64,000 bases of DNA from an uncultured Methylomirabilota bacterium (GTDB lineage Bacteria > Methylomirabilota > Methylomirabilia > Methylomirabilales > 2-02-FULL-66-22), in the NCBI GenBank assembly GCA_963845565.1, contig CAWJSJ010000004.1, forward strand, positions 1-64,000. The letters run 5' to 3'. The position numbers and the translations under genes are program-made. The notes under the pieces were generated by a model. That model was not told where the DNA came from and made no database searches. It saw nothing but the letters and a program-made list of their open reading frames with translations. Of the stretch, positions 1 to 10,375 are shown in pieces. Positions within the stretch are counted from its first letter, which is position 1, and every line of letters begins with the position of its first letter.

Positions 1-132
1 CAGGAGCTCTTGTCGAGCGGACTCCTGAATGTGGATCCGGTCGCCACGCACGAGATGCCGCTGTCGGAAGCCGCGGAGGGCCTCGCCCTCCTCGAGAGGG
101 GCGAAGGAGGCAAGGTTATCCTGGTTCCCTGA
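1..132 (+). CDS. 3' end of zinc-dependent alcohol/threonine dehydrogenase-like (MDR) protein, partial
   Basis: Frame 1 reads QELLSSGLLNVDPVATHEMPLSEAAEGLALLERGEGGKVILVP*, typical MDR C-terminus. Confidence 0.7.
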   Translation, partial: QELLSSGLLNVDPVATHEMPLSEAAEGLALLERGEGGKVILVP

Positions 133-255
133 GGAGCGTCAGCAGCCGGAGCCGACAGACGGCCCCGGCGATGATCATTGACATTGCTCGCGTCACGGTG
201 GTAGTTATACCCACCCTTTCATGCCCACGGCCGTCTCGACGTCGGAGAGCGGGGA

Positions 256-1218
256 ATGCCCTCACTCGACCTGCAGATCGCGCTCCTGAAGACAATGATC
301 CGCATCCGCGCCTTCGAGGAGCGGGTCCGGGACCTGTTCGCCGCGGGCCGACTGCCGGGCTTCGTGCATCTGAGCATCGGGCAAGAAGCCGTCGCCGCCG
401 GCGCGTGCTGCGCGTTGCGGTCCGACGACTACGTGTTCAGTACGCATCGGGGCCACGGGCACATGGTGGCGAAGGGCGCCGATACCTCGAAGATGATGGC
501 CGAGCTATATGCCAAGCGAACCGGCTCGTGCAAAGGGAAGGGCGGCTCGATGCACATCGCCGATGCCTCCGTCGGCGTGCTCGGGGCCAACGGGGTCGTG
601 GCCGGAGGCCTCACCGTCGCCGCCGGCGTCGGACTCTCCATCCGGCAGCGACGGAGCGGGCAGGTCTGTCTCTGTTTCTTCGGCGACGGGGCGGCCAACC
701 GAGGTCCCGTGCATGAAGCCATGAATTTGGCGGTGATCTGGAAGCTGCCGGTCATCTTCCTCTGCGAGAACAACGGTTGGGCCTCCACGACCTCTCATCA
801 CTATGGCTCCTCTGTCGCCGACCTGGCGGTGCGGGCGTCCGGGTACGGTCTGACGGGCGTCGTGGTGGATGGGATGGACGCCATGGCGGTTCACGATGCG
901 GTGCAGGTCGCCGTGGATCGGGCCAGGGCCGGAGGCGGTCCGGCGTTCATCGAGGCCAAAGTGGTGCGCTGGCAGGGGCATTACGAGGGGGACCCGCAGG
1001 GGTATCGGGACAAGCGGGAGATTGCGGACGGGAAGGCTCGATGCCCCATCCACCGACTCGCCTCGGCGTTGACGGCGGCCGGGTCGCTCGGCGACGAGGA
1101 CGTGGCCTCCTTGTTCCGAGCCGCTCAGGACGAGATCGATCGGGCGGTGGCGTTCGCCGAATCGAGTCCGCTCCCGGCCCCCGAGGACGCGCTCCAGGAC
1201 CTGTTTGCAGGCTGCTGA
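256..1218 (+). CDS. TPP-dependent dehydrogenase E1 alpha subunit (acetoin/pyruvate dehydrogenase type)
   Basis: HLSIGQEA, STHRGHGH, GKGGSMH, GDGA...N TPP motif, GHYEGDPQ. Confidence 0.93.
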   Translation: MPSLDLQIALLKTMIRIRAFEERVRDLFAAGRLPGFVHLSIGQEAVAAGACCALRSDDYVFSTHRGHGHMVAKGADTSKMMAELYAKRTGSCKGKGGSMHIADASVGVLGANGVVAGGLTVAAGVGLSIRQRRSGQVCLCFFGDGAANRGPVHEAMNLAVIWKLPVIFLCENNGWASTTSHHYGSSVADLAVRASGYGLTGVVVDGMDAMAVHDAVQVAVDRARAGGGPAFIEAKVVRWQGHYEGDPQGYRDKREIADGKARCPIHRLASALTAAGSLGDEDVASLFRAAQDEIDRAVAFAESSPLPAPEDALQDLFAGC

Positions 1219-1333
1219 AAAGGGCCCACCTGCTGCGTTGGCCTGCTCGGGCGCTCGTTGCGGCGTACCGGAAGTACGCCTCGCTCGGCCCTTTGCGTGC
1301 CGCCTTGCATCTGGACCCTTTTGAGCAGCCTGC
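1207..1333. mobile_element. 127-bp palindromic MITE/REP-like element, copy 1
   Basis: TIR gcaggctgctgaaaaggg / cccttttgagcagcctgc, internal ggcgtac..gtacgcc hairpin; homologous copy at 36761-36885. Confidence 0.75.
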
Positions 1334-1447
1334 GAGAAGTGTTCACGCGCTCGTGCGGGGGCCGACGGGCCGTGGGGATGGTTGACCCAGCGCCACGGGG
1401 CCGTGCCGCCTCAACCCTATCATCTGCAGATCGGATGTGATGACGCG

Positions 1448-2417
1448 ATGCGCACGCTGACGATGGCAGAGGCGCTCCGTGAAGCGCTCATCGAGGAGAT
1501 GGCCCGCGACCCGCGGGTCGTTGTCCTGGGCGAGGATCTGCGCGCCGCGGCGCCGTTCGGTATCACCAAGGGGTTCGTGGAGCAGTTCGGCGAGGACCGG
1601 GTGCTCGACACGCCGATCTCGGAGGCCGCCCTCATCGGCGCCTCGCTCGGCGCCGCCATCACCGGGTTGCGACCTGTCGCGGACATGCACTTCGCCGACT
1701 TCGTCACCTGCGCCATGGACGAGGTCGTCAACCAGATCGCCAAGGTGCGCTACATGTTCGGCGGCCAGGTGGACGTGCCGCTGGTCCTGCGGATGCCGAC
1801 GGGGAGCGTGAAGGGAGCCGGCGGCCCATCACTCCGCAGTCGCTCGAGGCCTGGTTCGCCATACGCCGGGGCTGCGCGTGGTGTTTCCCTCGACGCCCGC
1901 GGACGCCAAGGGCCTGCTCAAGACCTGCATCCGGGGCCTCGACCCCGTGATGTTCTTCGAGCACAAGCGGCTCTACAAGATCTCCGGTGTCGTCCCGGAC
2001 GGCGAGACACTCATTCCGCTGGGGCAGGCCGACGTGAAGCGACCCGGTTCGGACGTCACCGTCGTGGCCACAGGGTGGATGGTCCACCGCGCCCTGGAAG
2101 CGGCGGACGCCCTCGCGCAGGAGGGCGTCTCCGTTGAAGTGCTCGATCCGCGTTGCCTGGCGCCGTTTGACAAGGCGACGCTTTTCGCCTCCGTCGCGAA
2201 GACCCACCGAGTGGTCATCGTGGAGGAGGCGGTGAAGACCGGGGCGTTCGGCGCGCAAATCGCGGCGTGGCTGGCCGAGGAGCTCTTCGACGAGCTGGAC
2301 GCACCCATCCAGCGCGTAGCGAGCGAGGACGTTCCTATCCCCTTTAGCCCACCGATGGAGGAGTTCGTCATCCCGAATGTGGGGGACGTAGTCACGGCGG
2401 TTCGGAGACTGTGCTGA
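1448..2417 (+). CDS. TPP-dependent dehydrogenase E1 beta subunit (frameshifted near 1810-1870)
   Basis: N-half VVVLGED, DTPISEAA, NQIAKVRYMFGG; C-half DAKGLLK, FFEHK, EVLDPR, LDAPIQRV in another frame. Confidence 0.9.
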
Positions 2418-2450
2418 TCACATCCGAAGGAATCTGAGGAGGGAGACACA

Positions 2451-3479
2451 ATGAAGCGAATTGCGGGAGTAGGCGTGGGGTTCGTGCTGATTGCCGCGCT
2501 CGTGGTGGCCCTCGCGAGTCCGGCCCTGGCCGCGTACAAGGCCGAGTACAAGATGTCCGTGCGGACGACCCAGACCTCGCCGTGGGGCGCCGGCGCGCAG
2601 AAGTTCGCCGACATCGTTCGGGAGAAGTCCGGCGGCCTGATCAACATCAAGGTGTACTACAATGGGGCCCTCTTCGCCGACGACCAGACCAAGGAGTTCA
2701 TGCTCACCAAGCAGGGGGTGGCGGACTTTGCTCTGGGTTCGACGATCAACTGGTCGCCCCAGCTCCGAGCCCTCAATCTCTTCAACCTCCCCTTCATGTT
2801 CCCCAGCTACGAGGCCCTGGACGCGGTGAAGGGCGGCACTGCCGGCAAGATGATCAAGGAGCAGATGGACAAGTTCGGCGTGATCTTCCTGGGCTGGGGT
2901 GAAAACGGCTACCGGGAGTTGACGAACCGCCTGCGGCCGATCACCACGCCGGACGACATGAAGGGGCTGAAGGTGCGCGCCGCCAGCTCGCCCATCTTCA
3001 TCGACACCTTCACGGCCATGGGGGCCAACCCCGTCCTGATGAACTGGGGCGATGCGCTGTCCGCGCTCCAGCAGGGCACGATCGACGCCCAGGAAAACCC
3101 GGTCAACGTGATCATCATCCCCTACAAGATCGCGCAGCTGCACAAGCACATCACCGTCTGGCACTACGCCATCGACCCGCTCATCCTGGGGGCCAGCAAG
3201 ACGACCTGGGATACGTTCGCGGCTGCGGACAAGCGGATGATGCAGCAGGCGGTCGACGAGGCGATGAAGTGGCAGCTTCGCGAAGCGCGGGAGGGTCTCA
3301 CCACGAACGGCGCGTCGTACAAGAAGCTGGAGGCCGACGGCATGACCGTCACCTACCTGACGCCCGCCCAGATCAAGGTGTTCCAGGACCGAAGCAAGTC
3401 GGTCTATGGCAAGTGGACCAAGGAGATCGGCGAGGACCTGGTCAAGGCCGCCTTCGCCGATCTGGCCAAGGTGAAATAG
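2451..3479 (+). CDS. dctP: TRAP transporter substrate-binding protein DctP
   Basis: Signal peptide, ENGYRELTN, DMKGLKVR, ALQQGTIDAQENP. Confidence 0.93.
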   Translation: MKRIAGVGVGFVLIAALVVALASPALAAYKAEYKMSVRTTQTSPWGAGAQKFADIVREKSGGLINIKVYYNGALFADDQTKEFMLTKQGVADFALGSTINWSPQLRALNLFNLPFMFPSYEALDAVKGGTAGKMIKEQMDKFGVIFLGWGENGYRELTNRLRPITTPDDMKGLKVRAASSPIFIDTFTAMGANPVLMNWGDALSALQQGTIDAQENPVNVIIIPYKIAQLHKHITVWHYAIDPLILGASKTTWDTFAAADKRMMQQAVDEAMKWQLREAREGLTTNGASYKKLEADGMTVTYLTPAQIKVFQDRSKSVYGKWTKEIGEDLVKAAFADLAKVK

Positions 3480-3494
3480 GACTGATCCATCGTG

Positions 3495-3520
3495 GCGGGG
3501 CGGGCCTTTGCCCGCCCCGC
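3495..3520 (+). terminator. GC hairpin after dctP (mRNA stabiliser or weak terminator)
   Basis: gcggggcgggc-cttt-gcccgccccgc, 11-bp perfect stem. Confidence 0.55.
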
Positions 3521-3554
3521 GCCTGCTCTCCTTCGCTTTCCGGACGGATGCGTC

Positions 3555-4082
3555 ATGGGTGAAAAGCTTCGCTGGGTGGGGCGAAACGCCGAGGAGGTCA
3601 TCTGCGCCGCCATGATGACCTTCATGACCATACTGGGATTCGCGAACGTGGCGGCCCGGTACTCGGGCTACTCGATGGCCTACACGGAAGAACTGCTCGT
3701 CATGCTGCTGGTGTGGCTCACCATGCTGGGCACCGCAGCCGGCTTCAAGCGGAACGCCCACCTGAGCATGACCTTCTTTCGGGAGCGAATCCCCGTCCTC
3801 GGCCAGAAGGCCCTGGAGATCCTCTCGACGATCCTGACGGTCGGATCGGTGCTCGTGGTCATGATCGTCTGTGCGGTCTACCAGATCCCCGATGAGATCC
3901 TCCTGAACAGCCGGACGCTGTCCCTGGATTTGCCCACGGTCTATTACAGCCTCGCCATCCCCGTGTGCGGCGTCCTGGTCATCATCCGGGTCCTGCAGGG
4001 CTCCCTGGCGGGAGTGGAAGGGTCTGAGGAGGGCGCGATCAATGACGGTCGTCGACCCTCCTGGTCTTCGGACTGTTTCTGA
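3555..4082 (+). CDS. dctQ: TRAP small permease DctQ (3' end uncertain)
   Basis: 4 TM segments, AYTEEL, HLSM motif, between dctP and dctM. Confidence 0.88.
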   Translation: MGEKLRWVGRNAEEVICAAMMTFMTILGFANVAARYSGYSMAYTEELLVMLLVWLTMLGTAAGFKRNAHLSMTFFRERIPVLGQKALEILSTILTVGSVLVVMIVCAVYQIPDEILLNSRTLSLDLPTVYYSLAIPVCGVLVIIRVLQGSLAGVEGSEEGAINDGRRPSWSSDCF

Positions 4083-5338
4083 CCCTCGTGGTCCTCGGGG
4101 TCCGCATCGCCATCGCCCTGGGGCGACGGCCTGTCTGGTCATCCTGCTGTATCAGCAGGGCGCGATGGGCATCTCCTCCATCTTCTACTCCAACATCGCC
4201 AAGTTCCCGCTGCTGGCCATCCCGTTCTTCATCCTGGCCGGGTTCGTGATGGAGCGATCCGGGCGTCTCCGCACGGCTGGTCAACCTGGCGAGCCTGATC
4301 GTCGGGCCCATCCCCGGCGGACTGGCCATCGTGGGGGTGGCGGTCTGTGTCTTCTTCGGCGGCATCTCCGGCTCCGGGCCCGCGGACGCGGCGGCCATCG
4401 GCGCCGTGCTGATCCCGGCCATGATCGCCAAGGGGTACGACCGGAACTTCGCGGCCGGCCTGATCGCCACCGCGGGCTCCACGGCCATCCTGATCCCGCC
4501 GTCCATCGCCTTTGTCGTGTACGGCGTGATCACCGAGGTCTCGGTCCCGGCCCTGTTCGCCGGAGGCATTTTCCCCGGTCTGGTGGCGGGGGCGGCGCTC
4601 GTCGTGCCGGCCTATTTCATCTCCCGGAAGCACGGCTGGGGCGGCGAGCGGTGGGGGACGCCCCGCGAACTCTGGGTGGCCTTCAAGCGGGCCTTCTGGG
4701 GGCTCATGGCGCCGGCGGTGATCCTGGGCAGCATGTACGGCGGCATCTGCACGCCGACCGAGGCGGCCATCGTCGCCGTGGTCTACGGCATTCTGCTCGG
4801 GTGGATGTACCGGACCATCGGTTGGTGGCAGCTGTACCGGTGTATGCTGGATTCGGCCATTACCTCGGCCGTCGTCATGTTCATCGTGGCCTTTGCCGGG
4901 CTCTTCGGCTGGGCGGCCGACCGCGTGGGGGCCATCGACCACATCCTCAAGGGCATGCTCAGCCTGAGCGACAACGCCGTGGTGATGATCCTGATCGTTA
5001 ACGTGGTCCTGTTCATCGCCGGGATGCTGTTGGACGCCATCTCCATCTTCTATGTCTTCATGCCGATCTTCATCCCCATGATGAAGCACTTCGGCTGGGA
5101 TCCGCTCTGGTTCGGCGTGGTGATGACCTTCAATCTGGCCATCGGGATGGCGACACCGCCGGTGGCGGTGAACCTGTACGTGACCACCTCGCTGGCCGAT
5201 ACCAAGCTCGACCAGGTGGCCGTGGCGGTCATCCCATTCGTCCTGGCCATGGTCGTTGGACTGATCGTGGTCATCTTCTGGCCGTGGTTGTCGCTCGCGC
5301 CGCCGATCTGGTTCGGGCTGTATAAACTGACTCCCTGA
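4042..5338 (+). CDS. dctM: TRAP large permease DctM (frameshifts in 5' part)
   Basis: [47 protein letters not shown]. Confidence 0.9.
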
Positions 5339-5489
5339 CGGCCTCACCTCACCCGATAGCAGCGGCCTAGCGAGTCCACGCGGCCGCCCCCTTTTCAGCG
5401 CGTCGTGATCGCTCTCGTGCGAGGTTTCACCCGTTCCGTGTGCGGCCGCCCGCCTTGTGTTCCGCATGGCGGCAGGGTATAGTGCTGCC

Positions 5490-7403
5490 ATGCGCCATCT
5501 CGTCATCGGCACCGCCGGCCACATCGACCACGGCAAGACCACGCTGGTGAAGGCCCTCACCGGGACGGACACGGACCGCCTGAAGGAGGAGAAAGAGCGC
5601 GGCATCTCCATCGAGCTGGGCTTCGCGTTCCTCGAGCCTGCCGGACGGCACGCGGGCCGGGATCGTGGACGTGCCGGGCCACGAGCGGTTCGTCAAGACC
5701 ATGGTCGCCGGCGTCGGGGGGCATTGACCTGGTGGTGCTGGTGATCGCCGCCGACGAGGGGGTGATGCCCCAGACGCGGGAGCACCTGCACATCTGCGAG
5801 TTGCTCCACGTCAAGCAGGGGTTGGTGGCGCTCACCAAGGCGGACCTGGTGGAGGCCGAATGGCTGGAGATGGTTCAGGCCGACGTGACCGAGTTCCTGA
5901 AGGGAACGTTTCTGGACGGGTGTCCGGTCGTGGCCGTGCTCCGGGACCACGGGGCAGGGACTGCCGGCCCTCCTTGCGGCGATCCAGACGCAAGCGGCGG
6001 CGGCCGAACCCAAGCGCACGCAGGGGATTCTCCGGCTCCCGGTGGATCGCGTCTTCAGCATCAAGGGGTTCGGGACGGTGGTCACCGGCACGCTGTGGAG
6101 CGGCAGCCTTGCGGTCGGGGATGAGGTGGCGATCCTGCCGAGAGATCTCCGATCCCGGGTGCGGCGGCTCCAGGTGCATGGCGAGACGGTGGAGCGGGCG
6201 GAGGCCGGCCAGCGCACCGCGGTGAACGTGCCGGAGCTGGAGGTGGCGGAGATCGCGCGGGGAGATGTCCTGTGCCTTCCGGCCACGCTGCGTCCGTCGC
6301 CCTCGTTCGAGGCGACGCTGTCGCTCCTGGCGGATGCCCCCCGGCCGCTCGGCAACCGCGCGCGGGTGCGCTTTCACCTGGGAACCAGCGAGATCCTCGC
6401 CCGGGTGGTGATCCTGGAGGGCGACGAACTGCAGCCGGGGGGGCGGTCCTACGTCCATTTCCGCCTGGAGACACCGTCGGCCGCCTTGCCGGGAGATCGC
6501 TACGTCATCCGCAGCTATTCGCCGGCTGTCACGATCGGCGGCGGCAGCATCTTGGACCCCAACCCGCCGAGATCCCGCCGGACCCGCGCCAAGCTCGTCG
6601 AACATCTGCGGGTCCTGGAACAAGGCCGCCCGACGGAACGGATCGAACGGCACCTGCTGGCCGCGGGGTTCGCGCCCATGACGCCCGAGGCGCTGCGCGC
6701 ACGAAGCGACCTGGACGAGACGATCGTGGCCGAGTCGCTGCGGGAACTCGTCGAGAACGGGCGGGCCATCCGGGTCGGGGCCAAGGAAGGCGACGGGACG
6801 CTCCACGCCGAGCGCGTGGGCGCGCTCCAGGCCGACATCCTGGCCCGCCTGGCGGAATTCCACACCAAGGAGCCGTTGAAGGACGGCCTGGCGAAGGAGG
6901 AGCTTCGCAGTAAATTGCCGGACCAGTTGCCGGCCGCCACGTTCGTCTGGATGTTGGGCCGTTTGACGGCGGCCGGACAGATGGCGGTCGACCGCGACAA
7001 GGTTCGGCTTGCCGGCTATCGTCCCACATTGTCGCCGGTCGAAGAGGAGCTCAAGGGGAAGATCGCCGCGGCATTCCGGGATGCCGGATTGCAGCCCCCC
7101 GCCCCGGAGGCGGTGTTGAGCGGACTCAAGGTCGAGCGGAAGCTCGGTCAGGCCGTCTTTCGCCGTCTGGTGGACGATGGGATCCTCGTTCGGGTGGGAG
7201 ACGAGCTCTTCCTGCACGCCGAGAGCCATCGGGCCCTGCACGATCGCATCCTGGCGCACTTCGGCATGCATCCGACGATCAATGTGGGCACCATGAAGGA
7301 GCTGTTCGGCCTCTCGCGGAAATACGCCATCCCCTACCTGGAGCACCTGGACTCAAGCCGGATCACGCGGCGCCAGGGGGACGAACGCGTTCCCTATAAG
7401 TAG
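5490..7403 (+). CDS. selB: Selenocysteine-specific elongation factor (frameshifts at about 5640-5940)
   Basis: [60 protein letters not shown]-terminal winged helices with [13 protein letters not shown]. Confidence 0.93.
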
Positions 7404-7431
7404 CAGCGGCGCGCGCCAGTTGTTTCTGCTC

Positions 7432-8063
7432 GCTGCCAGCTGATAGCTGCCCGCTGCCCGCTTCCTACCCTCGCCCTTTTCCATTGACAGGCGGGGTGGT
7501 CGTGGGTGATGCTACGCCCTCTCTGCCATACGGTAAGCGGTCCCGGGTGTTCGGGAGGATTCGGAGCGTCACCCGACCGGCGGCTGCGTGTTTGGACTGA
7601 TAGCTGATAGCTGAAAGCTGCACGCTGAGCGCGTTTTCAGCAAGCAAGGAGAAATGCTATGTTTGGGTTGGGACTGCCGGAACTCGCAATCGTCCTGGTG
7701 ATCGTCATCTTGATCTTTGGAGCCAGCCGTCTTGGGGACATCGGGTCCGGGCTGGGGAAGGCGATTCGCGGTTTCAAGGATTCGGTGGCCGGGAAGGACG
7801 CCATCGACGTGACGCCGAAGAAGGATGACGACTCCAAGAAAGCCTGACGGAGAGCCGGAACAGAGGGTCGCGAGCCACGAGCCGCGAGCCACGACCGGAG
7901 ATCCTAGGTCTAAGGGTAAAGGGTATTTGTTGCTGGCAACATTCCCGCTTCAAGGTATTGGCTCACTCTTCACTCTGTTTGCTGCTCACTGCCTGCTGCC
8001 AGCTGCTCGCCGTTCTTGACCTTTTGACCCGTTGACTCGTTGACTTGTCGACCGATCGACTCT
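7432..8063. repeat. Cluster of short degenerate 7-8 nt tandem repeats around tatA
   Basis: gctgnnn arrays at 7432-7462, 7596-7630, 7972-8014; c(g/a)cgagc x4 at 7869-7896; t(t/c)gacnnn x6 at 8016-8063. Confidence 0.6.
7659..7847 (+). CDS. tatA: Twin-arginine translocase TatA/E subunit
   Basis: [43 protein letters not shown] aaggag. Confidence 0.93.
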   Translation: MFGLGLPELAIVLVIVILIFGASRLGDIGSGLGKAIRGFKDSVAGKDAIDVTPKKDDDSKKA

Positions 8064-9004
8064 CTCCAGGTGGGCAGCCCCCCGAGGGATGTCGCCGTCT
8101 TGACGGCCCGCACGATCGCCTCGGCCACCACGTCCGCGGCGGCGAGGCCGAGGGTGTTCACCTCCGCCTCGACCGTGCCGGTCGCCAGGGCGATCACCAG
8201 GTCTCCGTCCAGTGTGGTGTGGACAGGGCACACCGCGCGTACCAGGCCGTGTTGTGCCGCCTGGGCCAGCTTGGTCGCCTGGAGCTTGGTCAAGCGGGCG
8301 TTGGTCGCGACCACGGCCAAGGTCGTATTGTCCGGCTGGTAGCCGCGGGGGAGGACGCCTTGGCGCATGGCCGCGGCGGTATTCGCAAGGCGGGGGCTCT
8401 CCGCCGCCTCCCGCGCCCCTGCCAAGAGAGTGCCGGTGGCGGGATCGCGGACGTCGCCGAAGGCGTTGACCGCGACCAGTGCCGCCACGTGCGCGCCGCC
8501 CGGTATTTCCAGCGCGGCCGATCCGAGCCCGGATTTCATCGCCCGGGAGATGCCGAACAGTTTCCCCACCGTGGCCCCCGTCCCCGCGCCGACGCAGCCT
8601 TCCGGGAAGGGGCCTGTGGTTGCCTGCTGACACGCGGCGTAGGCCATCTGCGCGTCAGGCCGTGCCGCCGCGTCGCCCAGGCGCAGATCGAACAGGATCG
8701 CGGCGGGGACGATGGGCACCCGCGCGACCTGGACGTCGAAACCGACGCCGCGTTCCTCCAGGTACCGCATGACGCCGCCGGCCGCATCCAAGCCAAAGGC
8801 GGACCCGCCGGCCAGCAGGATGGCATGCACGAAGGGGACGAGGTGCAGGGGGGACAGCGCATCCATCTCCCTCGTGCCGGCCGCGGAACCGCGGATGTCC
8901 ACCCCGCCGACCGTGCCGTCCGGACATAGAACGACCGTGCACCCCGTGCAGCCGACCGCGTCCGTCCCGTGTCCAACCCGAATTCCCGGAATGGCAGTGA
9001 GCAT
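7970..9004 (-). CDS. P1/S58 family peptidase (DmpA/L-aminopeptidase-like)
   Basis: GIRVGH, TGCTVV, LAGGSAFGL, VGAGTGAT, VAVNAFGD, NTTL, HTTLDGD. Confidence 0.9.
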   Translation of the reverse strand: MLTAIPGIRVGHGTDAVGCTGCTVVLCPDGTVGGVDIRGSAAGTREMDALSPLHLVPFVHAILLAGGSAFGLDAAGGVMRYLEERGVGFDVQVARVPIVPAAILFDLRLGDAAARPDAQMAYAACQQATTGPFPEGCVGAGTGATVGKLFGISRAMKSGLGSAALEIPGGAHVAALVAVNAFGDVRDPATGTLLAGAREAAESPRLANTAAAMRQGVLPRGYQPDNTTLAVVATNARLTKLQATKLAQAAQHGLVRAVCPVHTTLDGDLVIALATGTVEAEVNTLGLAAADVVAEAIVRAVKTATSLGGLPTWRESIGRQVNESTGQKVKNGEQLAAGSEQQTE

Positions 9005-9085
9005 GATCCGCCTCCTCACCACGCACCGCACAGTAGCCGGGCGCATGATACCGAAGCCGTACGCGGGGCGCAATCGTGATGGTTA

Positions 9086-9136
9086 GGAGCCGTTACGAAA
9101 TAACCTAGACATCTCTTTCGATTTCGTTACGGCTCC
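9086..9136. mobile_element. 51-bp miniature inverted-repeat element, copy A
   Basis: ggagccgttacgaaat...atttcgttacggctcc, flanked by TTA on both sides. Confidence 0.7.
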
Positions 9137-9352
9137 TTATGCCGTTTCGGAATGTCTCCGCTCAATCTATTCTGTGACAACGGCCTACGCCGTCGAGCGA
9201 AGAAGACACCTGTTTCGCCGACGGTTGGCCGGGCGTGGCGCGGTCGTCCAGCGGCCGACCGGCTGCCGGATTTTGGTTGTGTTCTCGGGTGTCGTTTGCT
9301 AGCGTGACGGGGCACGTACGGCCCAGCGCGCGCACCAGGACCAGGGGGACTG

Positions 9353-9751
9353 ATGGAAGACCGGAGACAGGACCCGCGCATCGACGTGGAGGTCGAAGTC
9401 GAGATCCACTACCGAACGCTGCAGGAATTCGTGACCGCGTATACCCGAAACATCAGCGGGGGAGGTGTCTTCATCCGGACCCCGAAACCGCACGAACTCA
9501 ACCAGAAAGTTCGGTTGCGATTTACCCTCCCGGGCGTTGATCATCGGTTTGACATCCCCGGGATGGTTGTGTGGGTGAACTCATCACCGCAGAGCGCGTT
9601 TCCCGCCGGCATGGGGGTCAAGTTCGTGAACGTGCCCCCAGCGGATGCCGAACTGGTCAAGAGGTTCGTGAAAAAGACCAAAGACGAGGCGCCCGGATCG
9701 GGGAAAGACAAGGAGACGGAGAAAGAAAAGGGGAAGGCCAAGAAGGATTGA
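9353..9751 (+). CDS. PilZ domain protein (TIGR02266-like)
   Basis: DRRQDPR, TRNISGGGVFI, VVWVN, GMGVKF. Confidence 0.88.
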   Translation: MEDRRQDPRIDVEVEVEIHYRTLQEFVTAYTRNISGGGVFIRTPKPHELNQKVRLRFTLPGVDHRFDIPGMVVWVNSSPQSAFPAGMGVKFVNVPPADAELVKRFVKKTKDEAPGSGKDKETEKEKGKAKKD

Positions 9752-9776
9752 CGGCACGCTTGCCGCGCTAAACAAC

Positions 9777-9871
9777 GGAGGCGGATTGGGCCTGGTGGCC
9801 CTCCTGGTCTTCAAAACCAGCGTAGCGCCTAATCCGCGCTGGGTGAGTTCGATTCTCACACGCCTCCGCCA
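9777..9871 (+). tRNA. selC: tRNA-Sec (anticodon UCA)
   Basis: 95 nt; ctggt-cttcaaa-accag anticodon arm, long D stem, long variable arm, gtgag-ttcgatt-ctcac T arm, GCCA end; near selB. Confidence 0.95.
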
Positions 9872-9877
9872 TCATAT

Positions 9878-9914
9878 AAGGCAACCCTCAGAATGCCGGG
9901 GGTTGCCTTTTTTT
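9878..9914 (+). terminator. Rho-independent terminator after selC
   Basis: aaggcaaccctc...gggggttgcctt followed by a T run. Confidence 0.8.
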
Positions 9915-10375
9915 GGGGAGATACGCGAAGGGACTGTTTCCCACTGAGAGACAAAAATGCCCGAAAATTACCCGCTAGTGGCGACTGAAAAACCGAGATA
10001 GGCACGGCGAAGACCCCCCTCCAAACCCGACCCCCCCATCAGACCTATTGTGATTGCGAGGCTGGAAACTCCACGAGCGCCAAGGAACCCCCGACCTTCG
10101 TGGAGGAATACGGTACTTTTCGCGGGTAATTCTTTCACGCCTGATCTCGCGACGGTAATTCTGTCGAGTTGATGCGAACATCTTGCTCGCGGGGGACCAC
10201 CGGATCTCCTTGGGAGCCGTAACTGCCTGAAATGTAGGTCTTCCGGCGTGTGCCTCCGCTGGGCACGGCCCTTGCCCCCTTCCGCTACGGCGTGCGAAAC
10301 ACGGAAACGCGGGACATTCACTCCGCATTCATTCTGCGGAACAAGACAAGATATCACAGGGTAAGGAGAGGGCGT

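Noticed and set aside
1207..1218. E1 alpha ending in C-TGA as a second Sec site
   Set aside because: The protein is already full length and the TGA belongs to the repeat element's terminus
5640..5940. selB frameshifts as programmed recoding
   Set aside because: Several indels of the same kind seen across the window and no slippery heptamer; assembly error is simpler
2418..7346. Long antisense ORFs (2418-4142, 4229-5611, 5832-7346; also 9968-12142, 21551-23422, 33047-34351)
   Set aside because: Shadow ORFs of real genes in GC-rich DNA, with no recognisable motifs
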